A stretch of 64,000 bases of DNA, taken from Octopus sinensis. Taxonomy: Eukaryota. The notes below the pieces were generated by a model. It had not been told where the DNA came from and did no database searches. It saw nothing but the letters and a program-made list of their open reading frames with translations. Within the stretch, counting starts at the first letter, position 1, and each line of letters starts with the position of its first letter. The DNA lies in assembly GCF_006345805.1 (NCBI RefSeq), contig NC_042998.1:116622001-116686000 (forward strand), given 5' to 3'. Of this stretch, positions 54,481-64,000 are shown one piece after another. The translations under genes were made by a program, and so were the position numbers.

Positions 54481-55109
54481 TAACCAGACAGGTTACGTAC
54501 TCATTTAGTTACTTGTCGGAAGTGATGAGGAAGGGAGAGACATAAATATTCTGATAACAGCAGAGTTCACTGTATCCGTTACGCTGTGAATGGGTCTTTA
54601 GGCAATTAAGGTAAAACCAGTTAAAATGTAAACTATGTGGTTAAACCAATTGTGTAGTTTATTACGATGTTTATAATATGTTACTTGAATTTATATTCAT
54701 TGTTGTTGTGTACCTTCTGATTTATTGCTATAATATTGGCGAGCCATATAAGATTGTTATATTGAATGACGGATTATTTGTCCATTTATTTCTTATATTC
54801 TACTGTGTGTTCACAACAGACTCGTAAAGATGTTCTATTGTCACTCTAGCGTTCATTCATGTGTCTCAACTCAGACATGTATTCAGGTATGGTTGCGCAT
54901 ACTAACCTCTATCACTCTTTCTTTCTCTCTTGATATGTAGGACGAACTCTCCCACCGAAGACAACGAATGAGTGTTTTGCTTTTGTGAAACGAGCTGCAC
55001 AAGCGATTTGTTTATAGCGATCCAATACACTTGGTGTACATTAGCTCACTCTCTTTACCAAATCGATATCGTCTGGGTAGGTGTGCAGTTTACCACAAGT
55101 CAGGTGTCG

Positions 55110-55235
55110 ACGTGGTCGGAGAGGAGCGTGAGATGAATTGCTTTGCTCAACAACACATACTTAGAATCTGGTCATGAAATGAAAACAACGGTCTCACGAT
55201 CATGAGTGCAATGCACTAATTACTAGGCTATGAAA
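55110..55235 (-). mobile_element. Degenerate tRNA-derived SINE head
   Basis: TTGCTCAACAACAC...CACGATCATGAGTGCAATGCACTAATTACTAGGCTA resembles a reversed SINE tRNA-like region. Confidence 0.45.
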
Positions 55236-55699
55236 AGCTAAGTGAATATTTTATAGAGGTTTGCAGTGGGTAGGATTCAGAAATTAAGCATCCACAGTGA
55301 CAACTTTAGACAAGTTTCGTCCTCGTTCTCCTTAGCTAAGAATAGTCCAGCTCTAAGCCACGTTTCATTAGAATGACTATTGGAATATATAGTTATTTTA
55401 GTGACAAAAATTGAATGGGCATTTTAAAACAATGACAAGAATACATTTCCCAGCCTCCATCTAGTTGAAGTTGAAGGTAAGTACGGATGTCCTTTATGTC
55501 AAGTTGATTGTTTTGTGATGAGTTGCTTGTCCTTTAGTATAGATTTAACTGTAATTATAGTTATCAATTTTACGCATTAAACCATATTTAAATAAGGATT
55601 ACAACGTACTAATAATACTTATATACATTTTACGTTCCCGGCTAACGACAAATAAAAAAAAAATAGTATGTATGTATACATACACACACAAGCACACAC

Positions 55700-56430
55700 T
55701 CATATGCTTACTTCGAAGTTTTTTTCTCGCTCTAGGAAACCATTCAATCTGTCTATCTCGGCAATTTTACGACGAATATTTTACACGTATAGTAATTTTA
55801 TTGGCCAATTAAACATTTCAGATTCAAAACTGCCAAGATCAGGATGGCTGCCTAAGCTGCCAACAAAAAATATATAATGCAATATAAAGAGTATATGCTT
55901 CTGCGATGAAATATTAACAAAACTCTATTAATGCGACTTATATTTCTCACAACTCGTCTATCATTTTCAATAGCCTGAATCACCGCAATAGTTAAAGTTT
56001 CAGACAACATATATTGCTCTACTTAGCATGGTCAATCAAACATATAACTGATTCTTTGATATCTTTATGTTCATGCATTTTAGCGAAGATTAAACCCAAA
56101 TTATGTCATATTTTGTAGAAGATGGACAGCCTGAAAGTTCTGTAATACATCAAACCGGGTGTCTAGTTGCAAAGTTCCTTCTACACAGATATTAAAATTT
56201 TCCTCTTTAAAAAAAAAAATTGAAGTATTTGTCGATGTTAGAAAATTGCTTTGTTTAAAATATTCTGCAAAGATGTTTTTAATAAAGTTTTCTATTTATA
56301 AATATAATTTTGATATCTCCGATTGTCGTTTCCAAAACAAATTATTAGTTGCTAACACACAGGTTAAACATTTCGACATATTTATAAAGTGCACGTACAT
56401 AGTATATTTTCTTTTCAAAAAAGAATGATA
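55700..56430 (+). pseudogene. Possible LRR relic
   Basis: FSRSRKPFNLSIS, QLNISDSKL, VFVDVRKLLCLKYS, NFDISDCRF. Confidence 0.22.
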
Positions 56431-56862
56431 TTCTGTTTTGTTACATTAAATAAGATGAAATCTTTAAGCGCTTATGTATTTTTTCTTTTGTTTCCAGATA
56501 AAATTTTGTTATGTAGTTCGTTTAAATAATTTTCATGTGATGATTACAAGTTATCTGTTCTGTTTGTTTAAAATTCTTAGTGATTATCTTCAAAGAAAAT
56601 TTGATTTATTCTCCTAAAAAAAGACAATTTATATCAGGTGTAGATATTTTCATGCAAACTTTCAAATTTATTTAAACAGTATTTAACTAAATGATTTGTT
56701 TTAAATTTGAGGATTATATGTATGTATATGTATGCATGTATGCCCATGAATACATTCCTATACGTATACATGCACATTCACAGACATACATATTTACATA
56801 TACATATGTATATTCACAAATATTTGTGCGCGTGTATATATGTATATATATATATTTCAAAA

Positions 56863-56950
<88 letters not shown>

Positions 56951-57634
56951 TTTATACATTGCGTGTGTGATATTTTTATTTAATGCACTCCAGTGCAGTT
57001 GGATTCAGTAGCTGAAACATTGAAATTTCCACCTCACGAGAAATTATATAAGATATATTGAATTTAAAAAAAATTAAACATTAGGTTGTTGAAACTTTCA
57101 ACGTTTTTGTTTTCTTTAATATTTTTTCGTTGATAACACAGTGTCTTACAGGAGCGTCTTGCGCATGAAAATGAGCTTAACTTTTGTCATGGCATGCGTC
57201 GAATATTGATAAATTTAGAATTTCAATATAGCGTCAGTTTCCAAATTGCTTGGGCATTTTGAATCTCGATTTTATTTTATGACGACGTTATATTTCCCTC
57301 ATATAATAGAGATGAAAGTGATGACACTTTGTCCCTTTTGCTCCCAATTTCTTGAAAGAAATACTGTTTTTCTCTTTTTATTCCTATAGCTTCAGTAGAT
57401 TAAGATGGTTTGCGGTGCTGACATGCTTCGTATCCTCCGAGATGTGAAGAAAGATGAAAAAGTTCATTGCAAATCAGAATCATAGCCTGTCATATTGCAT
57501 TTAACAAAGAGAGCTCCACTGAAAACTGTCACGTCGTTGATAAAGTTTATCAACGAAGATAAGAAGCGTCCCCTCCATATTGTGCGTTTTACGTCTTATG
57601 TGTCTTTACCTCAAAGAAAAATGTTATGTCTAAC

Positions 57635-57835
57635 CAGAAAATTGTTAATACACTAGGCGAAATTCTTAGTATCATTTCGTCCGTCTTTACGTTCTGAGTT
57701 CAAATTCCGCCGTGGTCGACTTTGCCATTCATCCTTTCTGAGTCGATAGATTAAGGGCCATTTGCGTACTGGAGTCGATTTAATTGACTGGTCCCATCCC
57801 CCAAAATTTCGGGCTTGCGTCTAGAGTAGAAAAAT
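57635..57835 (+). mobile_element. Octopus-type SINE
   Basis: TTTCGTCCGTCTTTACGTTCTGAGTTCAAATTCCGCCGTGGTCGACTTTGCCATTCATCCTTTC...GGAGTCGATTTAATTGACTGG. Confidence 0.85.
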
Positions 57836-60174
57836 ATTAATCCCTTTGCATAGTTAATTGTTTCAGTCTACGAATAATTCTGCAAGGGAATTAATATCTC
57901 TATTTCTATAAACGACAAAATGTATGTGTATCCGTGTGTCTGTGTGTCCTGTATACAAATACACAGTTTTTCATATAAAAGGCTCGCGTTATTTACGGGC
58001 TTTCAAAACTGTGTGAGGGTGGTCGTGAAGATCTTTTCATTTCCCCAGTCACCCCAGAAAGTCATTAAAAGTAGATAAACCGACCCCTTATGCTCATAGG
58101 TTATGGGCATATCCATTCAAAATCGCTAAAACATAGAAATCTGTACGCGATGCGTGAGTACAGCTAGATACGCCAATAGACTGCAAGCTGTTTTATTTAT
58201 TGTACGGAGATAATTTTACCCTTGACAGTTGAATGCGCGTCCGCATTGGCAGAAAGTCTGTATCAACCATGCGTTAATAAATAATGAGTTAGACCAAGTG
58301 GATGACAAGAGAGAGGGATTTTCATGAAAGACCAAATATGCTTGATATGCTATCATTCCTTACGTATGCCATAAAAGAGTTGGAGCCTATTCAATGAATC
58401 TATTTAGGAAGGGTTTTACTTTTATGCTTTTGGTTGATTTAAGTTATCCAGCGAGAGCTGAGGATGTTTTATTCAAATAGGATTAAACATGAAAATGGGT
58501 AATCCCCCCCCGCCCAAGGGATTTTCATGAAAAAAAACGTTTATTTGTTTCCATTCAGCCTACGATCAAATCACTTGCTACTTACATAGCAGGGGTATAG
58601 GGTTTTCAGGGTGATCCTTTTGGTGCAAGAAATTTTAATTTTATTCGAGTTTACCAAAATCGCCAATCAATCAGTGGAAACTCAATAAAATTATTCCTTG
58701 CGAGTTTCCACATTTAAATTGGCTGTGACCTTTTCTTTTAGCCCTAACTTGAGGTACGAATGACCTAAGATAAAAAGATTTTCTTAAGCGAAATTTCACG
58801 CTTTTGTGTTTTGAGATACGAGTGAAAATTGAGATGCTAGTTAATTTCCAGTTACATTTTTCCGCTCGCTAGGAAATTTGAAAACTTTCTCAGTCCTGAT
58901 TATTCACTTCATTTTGTTGGTGAACGTTTGCTTTCATGGTGGTTTTATCGATTTTCTAACATGCTCCCACAAACAAAGCCGTCAAATGTGCGATGATTAA
59001 TTACCTGGGTGGGCTCAGAATCTGCAGAGGCTCACTCAAATGCGTTAAAAACATATGCGATGGAAAGGCGAACCTTTTTTTCCGAAAACAAAGAAAGGGA
59101 TTTAGCACAAAATGAAACAAACTTTATCTGTAGAAAGCCTGAGCTTTGTTCTTACCTCATTTTATAGCTAATCAAACAGAAGCACGCCGGTACCTAAGAC
59201 AATTCAAGGCTAGAACTCACGAGCCATACAGTGTTTATGCACTACCTTGATTAAGTGAGAACTTATTATTGAAACCCCGGAACAAGCACATGATATAATG
59301 CTTTCTGTTAGCGGGACTGCGCACATATCATAGTCGGACAAAATAGGAGGAAGAAGAAAGCGAAAAACTCGAATTTAACCGCACCACAGCGTGATGTTGA
59401 AATTACACATAACCATCGTTTGTTGAGTTCGCATACAGCCTGAGGTCGAATCGTTTGCTATCTACATAACAGGTGACAAGGGTACTCAGGTTATTACTTA
59501 TGGTGCGTGAAATTTTAATTTGATTAGAGGTTGCTCATAACAATGCCTTCCGAGCTTCCCCATTCAAATTGAATTACAACCACTTTATTTTAGCCTTAAC
59601 TTCCACATAATAAGCTCTTTATTTGCTACCGCAAATTGATTGGGTTTTACTACTTCACAAATGCCCTATGTTTTTCTAATCCAGTCTCCGCTAATTAATT
59701 AGCTCGTGCATCAAACACCACAAAAAGCGTTTTCCCGCATAGAGAGTTTGTCATCCTGTGCGTGTATGTGCATGAACGTAGCACTGCATATGACATTGAC
59801 CATGTGCGTGTATGTGTGCGTGCGTGAGTGTACTGGCCAATGCTGCTGAGGGACATACGTAAACATTTGACCTTAGATGCGCTGCCTTGGATTTGCGCGT
59901 ACTAGATTGAATCCATTAGGATTCAATGCGCTAAGTAATAGTGGGGATGAATGCTTTGGCGCCCAAACTCAAACGCTTTTCATAATTACGCTTCGTGGCT
60001 CGGTTTCCGTTAATGAACGCAAGTTTTGTTCATAAAATTCCACTTTACCTATCACTTTTATTTTGGTTGCTCGGTCATATATTTGCCGAACAACTCATCA
60101 ATTAACACTTATTTAAATCATCTGCTGCAGTTTGACCCAAATTTTGGGGCGTAAAAATAGCCTTTTTGTGCTCG

Positions 60175-60214
60175 ACTAGCACTAGACCCGGCAACGCCAG
60201 GTCATAGTGCTAGT
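60175..60214. mobile_element. Helitron/Helentron-like terminus (GC hairpin followed by CTAG)
   Basis: ACTAGCACTA-GACCCGGCAACGCCAGGTCA-TAGTGCTAGT: outer perfect 10-bp inverted repeat, inner GC hairpin ending just before CTAG-T. Confidence 0.5.
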
Positions 60215-61309
60215 ATTCTATATTCCTGGAGGAGATATAGATGTGTTGATGATGTTTAAAAAAAATCATTTATATAGGGAAATTTATGTCTTGAATGAAA
60301 CCTTCAAAAAATATTTGGCGCTTAAGTTGTTAAATGAATAATAATTTTTTCTGTTTAGTCAAAATGTTGACAGAATTTGATGATATTTTTCTTTTGTATC
60401 TCATTATGAGTTTTGTGATTTAAATACGCATTTACATTAAACTAGGATAGTAATTGTATTGTGTGTGGGAAGCATAATCAGGAAAATATAATTGTTTTAT
60501 TTTGAAATAATATCGTATAAATATGAAGTAAACGTTGGGCTGATTATGCCTTTCGTTTTCTTTGGGATAAAAACCATGGCTTTATTAACACTTTCAAAAT
60601 CGGTGATAGCTCCGTTTAGGATGTGAGAAATCCACCACTTGCTCTTATAAGTTTTGATGGCCATTACAATTCTTAAACATTTCTTGAGTAATGCTTACAT
60701 TGAAGAGTTAGAATGTATTTCACACCATAACTTATAGGGTACGTCAGAATCAAATACAATTATACTAAACAACTGTTTAGGCACCTATTTAATTCTGAAA
60801 TCTTTAAAACTATATATATATATATTATGTGTGTGTGTGTTCCTCTGTGTGTGTGTGCTTGATTGCGTGTGTTTGTGTGTGTTTGGAAGATATACTATTG
60901 TAAGACCCAAGGCTCAAGGTGTAGTAAGTTAGTAATCTTCGAGCAGTACGTGGCGGGCATGTAAACCAACTTTCAAGAACAATTATACTTTAATAGCATA
61001 GAATGTTTTAGGCTTTTCCCATATGGAAGTTCCATAAACTGAAAAAAAATTGCTTTTATAGTTCACGGTTAGCAACTAAATTAGCTATGAATGCGAATGA
61101 ATATACAAATTGTAGGAATGGAGCAGGTAAAGTCCAGGCGTCTCCAAGCACGCTGATCCTCGCAAGTGATAACTACACAACGTGGGGTACTTCACTAGCT
61201 ACTCATCAGACTGAAGATAGCCTAAATTAATGAAGGTTATATTGTTACCAAGGAATCCCAAGTTAACTCACCGGAGATGTAATTTAATACACATATATAA
61301 ATATACAAA

Positions 61310-61361
61310 CGTACATACATATTTATATGTATGTGTGTATGTGTGTGTGAGCGTATATATA

Positions 61362-61449
<88 letters not shown>

Positions 61450-61653
61450 CATATATATATGTATATATGTATATATATATGTATATATATATACGTATAT
61501 ATATGTATATATATATATGTATATATATATACATATATATACATATATATATATACATATATATATATACATATATATATATACGTATATATATATTTAC
61601 ATATATATATATGTATATATGTATATATATATATATGTATGTATATATATATG

Positions 61654-61702
<49 letters not shown>

Positions 61703-61828
61703 GTAAATATATATATATGTATATTATATATATATATATATATTATATATATATGTATATATATAATATATATATATATTATATATATATTATATATATA
61801 TATGTATGTATATATATGTATATATATA

Positions 61829-61868
<40 letters not shown>

Positions 61869-61991
61869 CGTATATGTATATATATATGTGTATATATATA
61901 TATATTATATATATATATGGGTGTGTGTATATATATATATATATATGTGTATATATATATATGTATGTATATGTATATATATGTATGTATG

Positions 61992-62063
<72 letters not shown>

Positions 62064-62080
62064 ATATATACATACACATA
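61310..62080. repeat. ~770-bp degenerate (TA)n/(TATG)n satellite
   Basis: Direct reading; source of all Y/I-rich ORFs here. Confidence 0.97.
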
Positions 62081-62569
62081 TTTACTAAAGTTTTGCTTTC
62101 TCTATATCTGTGGTTTCATTACGTGAAACACAAAAGATTCTCGACTGTAATATCTGCCGAAAGCTAAATCAAATTTAAGCTTTGTAATTTAAATCTGCTC
62201 TAAATTTCCTTCAGAATAATGAGGTTCAACAAATGCTTATGTCATTAAAGTTAATACCCTGCTGTATATTTTGTTTACTGAAGGCAGATCTAGTCAGGAT
62301 AAATATTTTATAGCATAAATTACTATCCGCTATGAAGCGTTTTTTTCTCTCTCTTCATGAAAATACAACGTATTAAATGAACTCCGGTTCGCAAATCTAA
62401 GTAGTATTCAACTTTTGGTAGATTACAAAAACAAAAACAAAAACAAAATAATAGTATAAGTATTTGATTTAACGATATCATTGATATATATATAGATCCA
62501 GGATTTGCAAAGTAGAATTTCGAAAACATCTATTGACTGACTTCGTCATTCATATCAAAATGTCATGCA

Positions 62570-63450
62570 ATTCCGCTACTGAAACGTCTACATATTATTA
62601 CAACATTATATATAGTATTTCTAAACCATATCTCGCACTAAAGCAGTTTCCTGCATCCATCCAACTTCCCTCCCACTAAATGTTTGTCTTATTCGTATTC
62701 GGAGTAACTGATCAAACGAAAATTGTACATCACTCTAAGTTCATTCTGCAAGCTTTATGGAGCTGGTAATCAACAAGGAACAAAAATTAACTATTCAGTT
62801 TGAATACAATAGTTTCATTATCATACTAAAATCTTCACTATCAGAAAGTTGGTAAGAATATAAGCAAATTGTTGGTCATCATATCTAATGGTTGTAATTT
62901 TAATTGATATCAAAACTTTGTGACAAACATAACTCACTTCTTTTCGTCAACTCAGAATACTGAAACAAATGGTGAATGTTATTTTAGCTTCTCAATAATA
63001 CTATTTGTCACAATAGGAGAAAAATATTCGTCATTCGTTTTGTGAAAGAAATACATCTGAAAGTTACTTGTGTGGTATTTTGGTGGAGCTGTTGTCTGTA
63101 TCTGTAGAGCTTAGAAATGTATTATGACGACAGCTCGTAATATTCCTCGAGAATTAATATAACGAATATTATTTCTTTATATAGTAAAATTTTCTCTGGG
63201 TTTATTACACAAAGAAGTTCTAGATCACAGCAGAACAATAGCTTCGTAGTGGTGGTACATATGATATATATAAACACCCATTTTCAAAACAAATGAAGCT
63301 TCTACATGGTCACTTGAACTGGTTGAAAGAGCAGGGAGTTTTTCTGAAACGATAGACTCGAAGAAACGATAGACACTAAGAAAAAGGGAACAATATACTG
63401 GAGAACATAGTTGAGGATGAAATGGCATGGTAATGGTGAGAGGTTTTCAT
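62570..63450 (+). pseudogene. Decayed TLR-like relic with in-frame TIR box1-box2
   Basis: One frame 63251-63430: GGTYDIYKHPFSKQMKLLHGHLNWLKEQGVFLKR*TRRNDRH*EKGNNILENIVE (cf. YDAF.S........L..LEE.G..L...DRDF..G..I.ENIVE); upstream AIPLLKRLHI and GCNFN*YQNFV. Confidence 0.5.
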
Positions 63451-64000
63451 GAGCATAGGTCTGTTCGATAAGAGATGATGTGAAGCCACAAACAAATATT
63501 GAAAAATATTAGGTTCCGCATTACTCTTAGAATATTTCGAATCAACTCGCCATTATACTTTATTTGTGCTCTATATATTTTTGTGATATAAAGCTAATCT
63601 CAAAGAAAGTATGTGTATTGAATGCATGTGATGTTGAGTTTGTGTGATGGGTTAGCAACAGCATAGGCCTTTATAAACATATGATGTTGCTGTGACGGTA
63701 GTACACTCCGGTGAGTTAACTTGCTTATGAAAGGAACCCGCAGACTGGGTGATGATTTAGGCTCTCTGTGCTATGCTACCATATTGAATATTGGAGCAGC
63801 ACAGTAGTGGTTACAGTCGAATACATCATTTCATTCGCATTTTATTTTATTAACACCAAAAAATAAAATATAAATTTGGCCACTGTATGATAAAATCCAA
63901 GAACTGAAAGAGTCTCAAGAAATTCCGCAAGTTCATTTCTTTGACACACACAAAAAAAAGAACTACCAATACGTCATCTTAATTCAGCTCGGAATTATAA

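Noticed and set aside
61268-62167. Long ORFs of 160-278 aa (YIYI repeats), and similar ones at 11316-11625, 20903-21147, 32565-32996
   Set aside because: Translations of (TA)n/(CA)n microsatellites; no coding signal.

Overview
AT-rich, microsatellite-dense eukaryotic genomic DNA, most likely an octopus/cephalopod nuclear region (inferred from the tRNA-derived SINE sequences and repeat landscape). I find no intact host gene; nearly all listed ORFs are microsatellite or low-complexity artefacts. Recognisable content: four Penelope-like element (PLE) relics, one with a 371-aa RT-thumb/GIY-YIG ORF; a full-length decayed mariner; R4/Dong-like and CR1-like LINE fragments; a hAT relic folded back into a ~500-bp palindrome; many SINEs; a 3x655-bp near-identical tandem duplication; and two copies of an 18S rRNA 5' fragment with shared upstream sequence. 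Two signals are not explained by the ORF track. (i) About ten heavily decayed, frameshifted stretches, almost all on the + strand, translate into LRR, LRRCT-TM and TIR motifs, suggesting a Toll-like receptor pseudogene graveyard. (ii) There are two good and one weaker minimal hammerhead ribozyme motifs of the PLE type. All protein and RNA-structure calls were made by eye without alignment tools and need HMM/covariance-model confirmation.
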